NCBI GenBank assembly: GCA_951406725.2
Contig: OX597823.1
Coordinates: forward strand, 15,624,001 to 15,688,000
DNA: 64,000 nucleotides
Origin: Octopus vulgaris
Lineage: Eukaryota
Direction of reading: 5' to 3'
The notes under the pieces were generated by a model. The model did not search any database and was not told the origin of the DNA. It saw only the letters and a list, made by a program, of their open reading frames with translations. The translations under genes and the position numbers were made by a program. Each line of letters starts with the position of its first letter. Position 1 is the first letter of the stretch. Positions 1 to 12,919 of this stretch are shown here, in pieces.

Positions 1-54
1 CCTTTGAGATAGTGCCCCAGGATGGATGTAATCCAATGACTGAAATAAGTAAAA

Positions 55-89
<35 letters not shown>

Positions 90-90
<1 letters not shown>

Positions 91-472
91 CGGTAGGAGT
101 GGCTGTGTGGTAAGTAGCTTGTTTACCAACCACATGGTTCCGGGTTCAGTCCCACTGCATGGCACCTTGGGCAAGTATCTTCTGCTATAGCCTCGGGCCG
201 TGGATTTGATAGATGGAAACTGAAAGAAGCCCATCGTATATATGTATATGTGTGTGTGTATATGTTTGTGTGTCTGTGCTTGTTCCCCCATCATCACTTG
301 ACTACCGATGCTGGTGTGTTTACCTCCCCGTAACTTAGCGGTTCGGTAAAAAGACCGATAGAATAAGTACTAGGCTTACAAAGAATAAGTCCTGGGGTCG
401 ATTTGCTCGACTAAAGGCGGTGCCCCAGCATGGCCACAGTCAAATGACTGAAACGAGTAAAAGAGTAAGAGT
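90..472 (+). mobile_element. tRNA-derived SINE, family A
   Basis: Pol III-like head (gtggctgtgtggtaag...ggttcagtccc), internal (TA/TG)n, tail ending tgactgaaacgagtaaaagag. Many copies in the window. Confidence 0.85.
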
Positions 473-1101
473 ATATATATACACATACACAAACTCTGAT
501 AAGGCTTGAACACAAAATGTAGAGGGGAAACAATGCTGTAAAGTGTATATACCAGTGCCTCAATGTTCCACCTGTTTAATCACTGCTCTACATCAGCAAT
601 AATAATTAACTAGTTTTCACATAGATCAAAACATATGCTTCCTTATACACACATTTGCAAGTGTAGGCTTACATATTTCAAAACAAAACAAAAAACAGCG
701 TGTATGAAGCAATGCAAGTAATCAGAGGGAGGTAAAAAAAAATCAATTAAACAACACCTGCAGTGGAATATTACTCAATGTAATGTTATTTAGTTCAGAA
801 ATCCAGCTATGAGATCATATCCTCTAGTTTGTAATAATAAAAAAGGACAAGAGAAATGTATTGTATAGTCTAACATGTTAGTCATATCTAAAAGTGAAGA
901 TGAGGATGTTGGTGGTATCTGTGTTTCCTGTGAGGGAGCCATTATGACCTTAAAATCAAAGTTACAAACTAGCATACGTTAACACCAGTGCTTTGATATT
1001 TTATACATTTAGAATTATTTAAACTCTTCAAACTAGTATAAGTCAGTTCCATTCAACTCCTATCTATCCATTTTAGGGCTCCTACAAGCCACACATGTAT
1101 C

Positions 1102-1255
1102 TTAACCCTTTAGCATTTAAACCAGCCAAATCCAGTCGAAAACATTTTACCTGTTTTATTTTCAAACTGGCCAGATTCGGCTTTTCACGCTTAGCCTACA
1201 ATATTATTCTCGAAATAAACAATTACATCCCTGAAATCTCAATATTAAAGGGTTA
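1102..1255. mobile_element. piggyBac-type MITE family 1, partial copy
   Basis: Starts TTAA-CCCTTTAGCATTTAAACC like the complete copies. Confidence 0.65.
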
Positions 1256-1268
1256 CACTAAAAATCTT

Positions 1269-1497
1269 TTAACCCTTTCGTTACTTTATTTATTTTGAGA
1301 TGATCTGTGTTTCTTTCAATTACGTTAAATATAACAAATAACTTAGTAAAATAACTTCGTTATCATTAAGCTAGTGTTAGGAACATAAATTGGGACTAAG
1401 GTTTGGTGAAAGCTTTTAATTCAAAACTTATAAAAACAAGACCTTTGTACTACAGAGCCAGAGCCGGTTTCAGCTGGGTTGGTAATGAAAGGGTTAA
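1269..1497. mobile_element. piggyBac-type MITE family 2 (~230 bp)
   Basis: TTAA-CCCTTTCGTTAC...GTAATGAAAGGG-TTAA. Homologous to copies at 16157, 29173 and 61515. Confidence 0.85.
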
Positions 1498-3615
1498 ATA
1501 ACTTTTGTTAGAAGTTTGTTTTCTTATCTTTTTTATTTATACCTCTTTTGTTTTTGTTTTCCCCCAAATGCTCCTCACATTAAATACTAACAATATAATA
1601 AGGATTAATTCAATCAGTTGCAACCTGAACTCTATTTTGACATACTCATCAAAAGAAGAAAATTAATGCCGATGACCTTTGCGGGATTTCTCTCCAACTG
1701 ATGATATTGATGAGACAGATCATGATCAACCTGAATACTTAAAGAACAATGCCTGTGTGAATAAAGATGGAACCAGAAATCTGGCCTGAATGCTTGCAAC
1801 TAAGTAAATTCCACGACAAGTACTTAAGGACTGTGTGCTGATATCAAATCAAGTAGACCTACTACCCAATATGAAAGGTGGCCTTGAACCCATTCAAAAG
1901 GAAATATCAATTATTCAGGAGAAAATCAAATCTGAATTATTCATTTCTAAAGCAATTCTGAAAATAACATGAACAAATATAAGAATGTAGATAATTTCAA
2001 AATATTTTTTTTTTAAATGTAAATAATTCCAAATAAAATTTATATATCTATCTTTTAGATAATAAAGTAGTAAAATCAGTAGATCACTAGAATAAATAGT
2101 GTTTAATCCTGTTTTGAATCCTATCAAGATCAAGTCTACCTTTTGCCCATCTACAGTTGATAGCATATGCAGTAACAGTCATATATACCATAAGTCAATT
2201 CATTTGATTCAATCCCACCCTTGCCTTACACATGTTCGGACTTGCACCAATGTCACAAATCATTAGTAAAATCATTAGTGTTATTACTATTATTTTTAAT
2301 GTAGACTACTAACGGTTGAATTAGGTAATAAATACTGAAACAGCTATTTTAATCTTACCCTTATAACAACAACAATTTCACTGAGATAAAACCTCATCAC
2401 ATGACAGGATTTAAAATGATAGCTGTAAATTAATCCAATACAAGTACTTTGTATAAGAATGGCTTATAATGGTGCTTGTAACAAACAGTAAACTGTAGAC
2501 ATAAAGTAATATAAACAATTCAAATACTATCATACATTTGGAGTTCACATGATACCTTGGGTTGATAAAATAAAAGCAACATAATGCAGTTGATTTTGTG
2601 TCTTTGCGTTTTTTGCATAAGAGTTTCTAAACATGAAAAAAATTCAAACTCAAAAGGTGAAAAATTTTACTACATGATAAATTTGAGTGATCGGAAAAAG
2701 AAAACTTATAATTTCATATACTTTTCTTCAAAAAAATGTTTGGTTAAAATAATAACATTATAGCCATGAAGGGTGTGCTGATATTAAATCAGAGGGTTAG
2801 ACTTAACATACTTAACAGTATTACATTTCACTTGTGCCATTAAAACCATAGGGAAAGGCATTAGTGTCACAAAATCATGTTACTTTCTCTGTTAATCAAT
2901 ATCCAGAAGTGCCATAAGTCAACATAGGGCAGTAAATAAACCTGCAACGATTTGTTCAATGAAATAAACCAATGAAGAAACCACTGTGCAGTTGCTTGAC
3001 TCACAAGAAATAATAGCTAAATCTTCTTTGTATCACATCCTATCATCTTAAAGCAAGGAATAGTCTAAAAACAAAAGATGGAGTAGTCACGACTGGAATA
3101 CTTTCAACCATATATATATATATTATACAAAGTCTGGTTTGGTGTTCAGTAACAACTGAGTATACTCTTATTTGCAACTATTTCACTTAAATAGCCCTTC
3201 ACAAAAGCATTAGCATTAAACATATTTTTGTCTCTTATAAAGGATTTGTTGATTTTTTTTTTTAATCAATACTTAATATGTATCAGTATTACTGGGATGA
3301 AATAACAACAGTATGCTGAAATTTTAAATCCTAATTGTCTCCAGATGAGAGCAGGCAAGCTACAATGGACCAAGAAGCTTAAGATGAAGAGGATTGTAGT
3401 CAGATGATATCATATTCCACTCTGATGACAGGCACAGCCAACAAATAAGTATCACTTTATTTAAAATAAGGATAGGCAGCAATTCAAATAAGTACTTATA
3501 CATACAATATGTTCTCCAAACACAAATACTTTGTTGTTAAGCCTGATAACTCAACACACGTCTAAAGATGTACAAAAACATATGTACGGGGAATGGTTTG
3601 GGAAACAAAAACTGC

Positions 3616-3828
3616 TTAACCCTTTAGCTTTCACATTATTCTGTCAAATGTAAGGCTTATTCTCATTGTTTAATCTGCTTTATCTTGTAGCTTTGAGATT
3701 TTGATGAGGCAACTTAATTTTTAGAATGATATTGTAAGGCTGGAGTGGGAGGCTAGATCTGGACAGTTTGAACATAAAATGTGGAACATTTTGGTTGCAT
3801 ATGGCCAGTTTAAATGCTAAAGGATTAA
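3616..3828. mobile_element. piggyBac-type MITE family 1
   Basis: TTAA-CCCTTTAGC...GCTAAAGGA-TTAA, internal sequence shared with other copies. Confidence 0.8.
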
Positions 3829-4320
3829 ATTTATGTTTTGATTTTTATGACAGCACTATATATATAGTATACTAGTTCAGCTCTTCGGGAAATTTAGACT
3901 ATATTTAGGGAGGTTTCAAAATAAGTTAATGAATTAAATACGTTTAACATATATATCAGGATGTTCCAGTGTTAGAGGTCAAAGGTTTTGAAAAGATAAC
4001 ATGCATGAATCATATAAAGACTTACATAAAAGAATAGCTGCCAATGACATTTTTTCTGATGATTAAAGTGTGTGGAAAATATAATAGGATTTCTTTTTAC
4101 ATGGGACATAAAACCAGAAAGTTACAGGTAGGAGGTTAGTTGATTGAAATATCAAATACTTGACTGCTACTTTAGTTCATCAACTCTGGAAGGATGAAAT
4201 ACAAAGCTAACCTCAGCAAAATTTAAACTCTGAACATAAAGAACTGCAACAAATGCCCATAAAGTATTTTGCCTGACACCCTAACAATTCTGCTGATTCA
4301 CCTTCCTAAATATAATAAAT

Positions 4321-4674
4321 AACAAGAGAACTCAGGGAGCGCAAACCTCTGCCAAGGCAACACCAATGTCCTCTCAACGATTAGCCAGAGATAATTTTTT
4401 AAATGAAAATAGCTGAAATGAACTCGACTGCTCTCACAAACGAGAATACTAAAAATGAACCCGACTGCTCTCAAAAATTAAGTAAAAAAAACGAAAAATA
4501 ATCCAGAATCCTCGTCTGGTACTAGATCGATCCCAAAGTCTAATCAGTTTGTGCCAGTCACAAGACCAAACACCCCTGAAAGTTTCGTCCAAATCCATCC
4601 AGAGATATCTTGTCCACGGTCAAACAAACACAACTGAAAACAATACCTTCACCTTCGCTAAGGCAGAGGTAATA
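4321..4674 (-). mobile_element. Helentron-associated non-autonomous element (HINE/DINE-1-like)
   Basis: Subterminal inverted repeats ACCTCTGCC / GGCAGAGGT, short 3' palindromic end, T-rich insertion context, no TSD. Confidence 0.6.
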
Positions 4675-5606
4675 ATTGTTACTAATTTAGGCACAAGGGC
4701 AGTAATTTTGAGAGACACCAGTACATGACTATTTTATTGACCCTGGCGGAATGAAAGACAAAAATAACCTCAGCAGGATTTTATTTCAGAATATAAAGAG
4801 ATGATGATGATGATAAAATAAATAAATAAACAAATAAATAAAAAATCCTCATCATGGTAGTGTAATATGTAGCAAAGATCTTTTATGTTCTAAAATCAAA
4901 TCTGAAGTCATATCATTCCACTTTTTTTAGGAATTGATAGAAGAAAAAAAAACTAAGTATAACTTTTGACAAAATCCCCTATAACTTTGCCTCCAATATT
5001 AGGTTATTTTAATGAATCATGAAACCAATTCTGTAAGACAAAAGAGGATCAAACTGACACAACATACTGGCCTATTTCTACTCAAAAGAATATATTCATT
5101 CTGCAAAAAAAAAAAATGAACTGTGAAATAGTAATGTCTATTATCAATAAAGATCCACTGAGTAACATACCTTGACTTGATATTTAACATTATAGATATA
5201 GTTTGAAAATTTGATCTTTTGCTATTGTTATAAAAAGGTATGTCTGACATTGATGTGCTGAAAACAGAAATACCTAACATTTCAGGGAAAGCTTTTTATT
5301 TTAGAATCCTCTCAAAATATACTGACTTTTGCCAACGACATTAACTACAATCCATATTGAATTCTAGTGATCATTTTAAGAAACATTAACAGATAAAAAC
5401 AAAACACTATACAAACTTTGCTCCATTGCATTTTGTTTTGGATCTTAAAGAATCTAATTTATACAAAAAAAATTTTTCTTACTAAGAAATCCAAATTTCA
5501 AAAGTTTAAAATTTAAGAACAGTAGAGGCAATATAATTGCAGCTGTATCAAAACTAATGTAAACCCAAGTACAAACACACCTACTCATAATTTATAATTT
5601 GGGAAT

Positions 5607-5880
5607 ATCATCATCATTTAGCGTTTGCTTTCCATGCTAGCATGGGTTGGACGGTTCAACTGGGGTCTGGGAAGCCAGAAGGCTGCACCAGGGCCAGTCT
5701 GATCTGGCGGTGTTTCTACAGCTGGATGCCCTTCCTAACGCCAACCACTCCGTGAGTGTAGTGGGTGCTGTTTACATGCCACCGGCACAGGTGCCAGACG
5801 AGGCTGGCAAACGGCCACGATCGGATGGTACCTTTTACGTGCCACCGGCACAGGGGCCAGGCGAGGCTGGCAACAGCCAT
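5607..5880 (-). mobile_element. RTE-tail-type retroposon, (GAT)n-tailed
   Basis: catcatcatttagcg...ccatgctagcatggg...ctggatgcccttcctaacgccaaccac, with about 2 internal ~62-bp units. Confidence 0.75.
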
Positions 5881-6635
5881 GAACAAAATATAAAAAACAG
5901 ACAAGAGAAAAAAAATCAATATTCGTGAATGTATTTAATACAAAGAGGAAGTTTTCAGACTTACAAATAAGACAGAGTTTACTGTGACAGTTCATGAAAG
6001 TGTTTTGTGTACCTGTGACAAAGTGATACTGAATACCATCTGTGCTACAGACATAATTTGTTTGTCCATTAAATGCACAATACAAAAGACATCACTTTCA
6101 ACTGTAAGTTTTGCCTTTAGACATAGAGAACTATGTAACCATAAAATAGCTAGTAAAAATAAAAAAATAAAAACAACCTTTCATCAGTTTTTCAAAAGAA
6201 TTATCAAATGATGGTTTTAAATATTTAGTATATTCCATCAATTTGTCAGCCAAGCTCAAAAGTAAATGCTTACTTCCTTCATGGATACATTGCCATTAGA
6301 TGAGTATGTTAAATATGTCCAGATAATGCTGTGTGCAAATATAAATCTAGTACAAACCAAATAGTTAGGAAGCTGATCTATCACAGGCAACAATTCCTGG
6401 TGATGCAGCAACTGAACGACGCAAACCAGTGTAAAACTAATTTTACATTGTTACCACTGTATAATTCAACACTCGGGTTTTAAAAAAAAGTAAGGACACA
6501 TTGCATAATGAGGTCCTAAATATACTTTAGGTGAAATAAAAATGGGACAATAATTACAGGAACACATTTGATCACAGACTGGTTGATCAGGAGCTGACTT
6601 GGAGTAGAACAGTAACAACCACTTGCAACATCTAC

Positions 6636-6863
6636 TTAACCCTTTGGTGTTTAAACCGGCCATATCCGGCCCAAATATTCTAAATGTTTTATATTCACAC
6701 TGGAAATATCTAGCCTCTCACACCTAACCTACAATGTCATGCTAAAAATAAACAATCACATCACTGAAACCGCAAAGCTATAAGATAATGCATGATTAAT
6801 TCAAAACAATTTGAGTGAAAAAGTATTATATTTAACAGAGTAATCTGAACACTAATGGGTTAA
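6636..6863. mobile_element. piggyBac-type MITE family 1
   Basis: TTAA-CCCTTT...GGG-TTAA, shared internal sequence. Confidence 0.8.
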
Positions 6864-8395
6864 AGACAGTTTTCATTGGCCCAGACATCATCATCACAGG
6901 ATACAAACCACCAATCCTCCATTGGTTTTCCTAAATTCTATCAGCTCAGACATCCACTCCCTTGACAAAGAGGAAGCCTCAAATTTATTAATGAAGAGAA
7001 ATTAAATCCTGTGAGGCATGATTTCCTCATTATAGTAAAATAATACTGAATATGAGGTAAATTTGATACATTTAACACAAATTGTATCACCTAGGTTTCA
7101 GAACTTATCTATTATTGTATAGTCTATAGTCTTTAATGCCTAACATTTCTCATCTACTGTATCCCACTAACTAGTAATGTGTATCTTGTACATCTAAAGC
7201 CATTGTTCACTTTTGTGTGCCAAAAATCCCACTGTAGATGTGTAAATAAATTCTTTAAGGATAACAGCAGAACAAATCGTGCAGACCTAAATAAGAAGAA
7301 AACAGTGCATACAAAGTTGTTCACCATCATGCTAAATTGAGAAAGCCTGGATAAATTATAATAAAACAAAGTTACATGTTATTCAATATCAGTATCCACT
7401 TAACTAAGGAACAATCCTATGTGTACAATCCGTTAATGATTCAACTTCCACTCTTAATATTGCACCATCTAGAAATGTTCTCAATTCTTTCCTGCTATAC
7501 AGCTGCCACCTGGAGCAAGTGAGTCACATTTCCTACACACACACACACACACACACACAAACATGCACTACCGCCACAAATTTATGATATACATGACAGT
7601 TTCACATGAAACTTGAAGTAGATATAACTACTACGTATACTTTTAACATGGATGAGGTCTCAAAAATCCTAACATAGAAGCTGAAATAGTTTTCAAATAC
7701 AACTCCTTAGCTAACTGTGTGTACAGACTCAGGTTTCGGTATGATTAAGCCTCTAGCCCTCTTCAAATAGAAACCTAAGTTACAGTCACAAAAGAGGGGG
7801 GTAGGAGGCGGGGAAAAGAGGAAGAGAGAATATTATAAAAAGGAAGAGAGAGAGAGAGAAAAAAATATAAGTACTATCTGAACAATAGCTGCATGAGTAT
7901 GTTTAATATGACAGAAAACCAAACCATAAATCCTAGCCATTATCAGATTGCACTGACAGACAAGTTACATCATAAAAAAATCACTATGATGGAAGTTAAG
8001 CCTTGTTTTAAGTAACAGGTTCTATATCGTGGACTCTTCCCCCTACCCAGCAAATGAAGACACAAACTGAGATACCAAATGCATCATAAGGGCTAAAGGA
8101 ATTTATTTTTCCTTTATTTCCACTCACATACATTGTAAATCATGTCGAATAAGATAACCAAGAGACAAAATACTGATGTCTTTCAATTAGATACAAAAAC
8201 AAATATATTGCCAGCACTTGTTTTATCAACCCCAAAGTGTAGCAAGCACCTCAGCACATAAAAGGTACCAGCCCATCCATCCTGCTGAATTGAACACAGC
8301 ACTTGCAAACTAACACACCACTTAATTTTAGTCCTACAGCTATTGCTTTGAGCAGTCATGTCTCAACACTGTTGAATATATTTTCAGCTTATCAA

Positions 8396-8776
8396 AATCA
8401 AAATCAAATCAAATCAAATCAAAATAGATGAACATCAATGGAATTTGTATCTTTGTGGTACCAGTGCCGGGGGCATACAAGAAAACCATCCGAACGTGGT
8501 CGTAGCCAGTACCACATCGGCTGGCCTCCGTGCTGTGGGCACGTAACAAACACCATCCGAGCGTGGCCGTTCACCAGCCTCGTCTGGCACCTGTGTCGGT
8601 GGCACATAAAATCACCCACTACACTCTCGGAGTGGTTGGCATTAGGAAGGGCATCCAGCTGTAGAAACACTGCCAGATCTGACTGGCCTGGTGCAGCCTT
8701 CGGGCTCCTCAGACCCCAGTTGAACCGTCCAACCTATGCTAGCATGGAAAGCGGACGTTAAATGATGATGATGATG
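8396..8776 (+). mobile_element. RTE-tail-type retroposon, longest copy, (AAATC)n 5' end and (GAT)n tail
   Basis: Reverse complement of the 5607 and 10908 copies. Ends gcatggaaagcggacgttaaatgatgatgatg. Confidence 0.8.
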
Positions 8777-9171
8777 TGGACTGATCCATTTAGGAATTAT
8801 ATTTGTTAGTGCCTAAGATGCCAATTTACTTAACACATCACTATTTTACTAGAATATTTTGTGAGAAGAAAACAACAGTTCGCACAGCACATTAACTGGT
8901 TTAATCAGAATTGGTTTTTGATGATTTCAGAAAAGAAATAACATCTTATACCCCCCAGTGAATATAGTACCTTGGTCATAGACACAATGTGTCACCTATG
9001 ATGGGTGTGTAACAAAAGCCAAAGATAACCAGAAACTGAAATCTGAAGGCAGACAAATAAAAAAAGTCATTAGTATCATATTACTATTTCGGAAACACAG
9101 TACTAGAAGATATAAAATGCCAAAATGTAATGAAATTGATTTATTATTATTATATACAAGAGTTAAATTCC

Positions 9172-9211
<40 letters not shown>

Positions 9212-9214
<3 letters not shown>

Positions 9215-9444
9215 CTTTTATTTGTTTCAGTCATTTGACTGGAGCCATCCTGCAGTACCACCTTTAGTTGAACACATCAACCCCAGGACTCATTTTTTGT
9301 AAGCCTAGTACTTATTCGACAGGCTTCTTTCAATTTCCATCTACCAAATTCACTCACACGGCTTTGGTCAGCCCAAGGTGCCATGTAGTGGGACTGAACC
9401 TGGAACCATGTGGTTGGTAAGCAAGCTACGTACCACACAGCCAC
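9212..9444 (-). mobile_element. SINE family A, internally deleted
   Basis: Tail (ctcttttatttgtttcagtcatttgac) and head (gggactgaacctggaaccatgtgg) both present. Confidence 0.75.
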
Positions 9445-10090
9445 AAAATACACACATTTATTTATACACACAGATGTACCTCTATTATATGCATACATAT
9501 ATATGCACACATATATACAGATTGTGTGTGTGTGTGTGTTTAGTAGTGTAGTTAAAAAGTTTGTTGCCCAACTAAATGGTTTCTGGTTCATTTCTACTGC
9601 ATGGCCCTGTAAGTTAAGTGTCCTCTACTACAGCCCTGAGTCAACCAAAGCATAATGCTTGAACTTGGTTAACAGAAACTGAAAGAAGCCCTCTGTATGT
9701 GTGTGCGTGTGCACGCGTGCATGTATTTGAAATTTGCAAGCAGCAAGTGATGTTGTTACTGTTGCTTTTGTCAACAAATGTTCAAATCATTTCTTGCCTT
9801 TGAAGACTAAAGAAATCTGTTGTTTATACAACTGGTAATGGTAAGCCACAGGAAGGGCATCTAATTATAAATGCCTCAATGGTGTATTCATCAAATTTCT
9901 GCCACCATGGAAAAATGGAGAAAAAAACCACAAGCGTGTGTGTGTGTGTGTATATATACATATACATATATATATATATATATATATATGTATACTCATA
10001 TGTAATGGTGTATTAAAGTATTGATTGGGTATCATCGGATAGTTGATGTTTTATTGATTTAAGTATGTTTCTCCATTCTCTAATTTTGTA

Positions 10091-10129
<39 letters not shown>

Positions 10130-10907
10130 ACTCTGGTCAAAGACAATGTATGATTTGTTTATAGTGAGCAAATGTTCATACCACATATTCACTCTTATTT
10201 TATTATCTCTATCAACTTAACCATCGGATGCAGATATAATAGTCAGTTTAGTGTTTACTAATTTGCATTCGTTCTCACCCACTTGTTATGGCAGGCTCAG
10301 CAAGAAAGAAGTGTTGACAGTATATCGATGAGTGCTTACAATATGGTTTAATCAAGAACTCTACAGGCCCAAAGCAGCCCCCTTTTGTATCATGTGTCAT
10401 CAACCTTTGTCCAATGAAACCATGGAGCCCTATTGACTCTCTGAACGAGAAGAAAACATCCCGCAAAAGTCAGTAAGCCTATAAAATATTTTGAGGGATT
10501 AAAAACTGATTTTGAAAATCGGAGTACTGTTAAATCATCATTTAAGAAACAGACACAAATTAATGACAGTAGATAGCTTTCTACAAAATTTGCAGAAATT
10601 ATTGCAAAAACAGGTAGTGCACATACAGTAGCTGAAAAGATTATTGTGCCTGCAGTAGAAGCGGTAATATCAGAAGTTATGAACCAAGATCTTTCATCTA
10701 TCATTAAAGCTCTACCTTTGAGTAATGATTCTATATCCGTAGGAGAAATGATGAAATGTCAGATCATATCGAAGACATACTAATTCAAAGATTGAAAAGA
10801 ACAAATTTTTCTATTCAAATTGATGAAAGCACAGTTATTGACAACAAGGCCCTTTTAATGGGATATGTATGATATCTTGATAGAAACTGTGCATTACAAG
10901 AAGATTT

Positions 10908-11267
10908 CATCATCATCATCATCATCATCATTTAGCGTCCGTTTTCCATGCTAGCATGGGTTGGACGGTTCAACTGGGGTCTGGGGAGCCCGAAGGCTGC
11001 ACCAGGCCAGTCAGATCTGGCAGTGTTTCTACAGCTGGATGCCCTTCCTAACGCCAACCACTCCGAGAGTGTAGTGGGTGATTTTATGTGCCACCGACAC
11101 AGGTGCCAGACGAGGCTGGCGAACGGCCACACTCGGATGGTGTTTTTATGTGCCACCGACACAGGTGCCAGACGAGGCTGGCAGACGGCCACGCTCGGAT
11201 GGTGTTTTTATGTGCCACCGACACAGGTGCCAGATGAGGCTGGCGGACGGCCACGATCGGATGGTGT
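10908..11267 (-). mobile_element. RTE-tail-type retroposon inserted in the hAT transposase, with 3 x 62-bp tandem units
   Basis: Units begin at 11088, 11150 and 11212. The flanks rejoin approximately to transposase sequence QED-LLFVKPLE. Confidence 0.85.
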
Positions 11268-12536
11268 TTGTTATTATTTGTAAAACCGTTGGAGATTGAC
11301 ACAACAGGAACTTCTATATTTTCTGCAGTGAAAACGTTTTTTGAAGAAAAAAAAAATTCCATATTATAAAAATTTAGTTTCATGTGCTACTGATGGTGCA
11401 AAGTCTATGGTTGGAGACACAAAGGAGTTATCTCACATTTAAAAAAGTTGTGCCCCCAAATTCTAGTTATACACTGTGTGCTACACAGGCATAACCTCAT
11501 GGCCAAAAATATAAGCCCTATTCTAAATCAGTCATCGAACAGTTGTAAAAACAATAAACAAAATTAAATCTAACAGTAAATGTGACTGTCTTTTCTGAAA
11601 ATTTTGTGTCGATTCTGACAAACAATATATAAGACTTCTTTTGCATACCAATGTCTGTTGGCTCCCCAAAGGCAACTGCTTGGAAAGATTTGTAAACTTA
11701 TTTAATACAATAGTTATATTCTTATGAACAGAAGGATACTCAGACTTAGCTGCCGAAATTCAAGCTCAAAAGAAGAGCATACACTATCTTAGTTGGATTT
11801 TCCATAAGCTGAACGAGGTCTCTCTTTTGCTGCAGGGAAAAATGATAATGCTGATAGACTGTAAATGGTTGGTGAGAGCTTCTGTTGAAAGACTCAATCT
11901 TTTTCAAGTCAATTTAAAACTAAGACAGTTTCATAATATGCCTGAACAAGCAGAAATCGACCTATGTGAAAATGACATTGATAATTATTGCGACCATCTG
12001 TCTGCCTTGAAAAATGATTTAGAAACCAGATTTGCTGATTTATTTAACTTCACTATTCAGCCATGGATGATTGACCCATTCGATTGTGATCCTCACTATG
12101 GACACAAAAATATCTAAGAGGAAGTCTTCAAGATGAAATGTAATGATGAATTTCAAATTAAGTTCAAAAAAGAAAGATTGTCTGAATGTTGGCAATCAGA
12201 CACTGTAAAATCCCTAAATCCAAATTTGTGGTCACAAATGTTGAAAATCCTTTTGGGTTTCCTGACATCATATCTTGTCGAAACTGGATTTTGTACAGTC
12301 AATCACATTTTGTGGAAGGAAAGAATAGAATTGACATTATTTCACATGGAGATATTCATATCAGAGCAGCATTAAACCTGACATTGAATCTTTTGCGGAA
12401 CATCACCAATGTCAGGGCTCACACTAGTTAGTTCTTTCTACATTTAAATTTAGAATAAAGTTTTATTTTAATTAATTTTTCTTTTGCATTTACATGTACA
12501 AATTTTTTTTAGTGTTGATAAGTTGTATTTACATTA

Positions 12537-12919
12537 TCTCTCTCTATATAAACGGCAGTTTGTCTGTGCGTGTTTCTGTGTGTCTGTTTGCTTGTACCCT
12601 CACCCTGACTACGGCTTTCAACCGATTCTGATGAAACTTGACACACACATAGCCCAATGTCATAATTCAAAACTAACGCAGCGAAAATTTTGAAAAGTTC
12701 CCCCAGTTCTGAAAAAAATCGATAAATTCGACATGGGGTCGAGAATCAGAAACACAAACCGCAAACTATCTAGGGGACGCAACTCCACCTTTTTTAACTA
12801 AAAAAAAAATTTACCATCATTTTTTTCCATTTTTTTGCTATTTTTTGGCTATAACTCTCTAAAAATTCTTTATAGTTATTTCCCTTACAAACCTGAGCAA
12901 CGCCGGGCGATACTGCTAG
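12537..12919 (+). mobile_element. Non-autonomous Helitron nested in the hAT 3' region
   Basis: A|TC start, subterminal hairpin CCTGAGCAACGCCGGG, CTAG|T end, no TSD. Confidence 0.8.

Noticed and set aside
6370-6410. Short hairpin gctgatctatcacagg...cctggtgatgcagc
   Set aside because: Too short and imperfect for a pre-miRNA, and matches no conserved miRNA I recognise.
11088-11267. CRISPR-like regular repeats (also 50168-50720)
   Set aside because: Contiguous tandem units without unique spacers, no cas genes, eukaryotic context.
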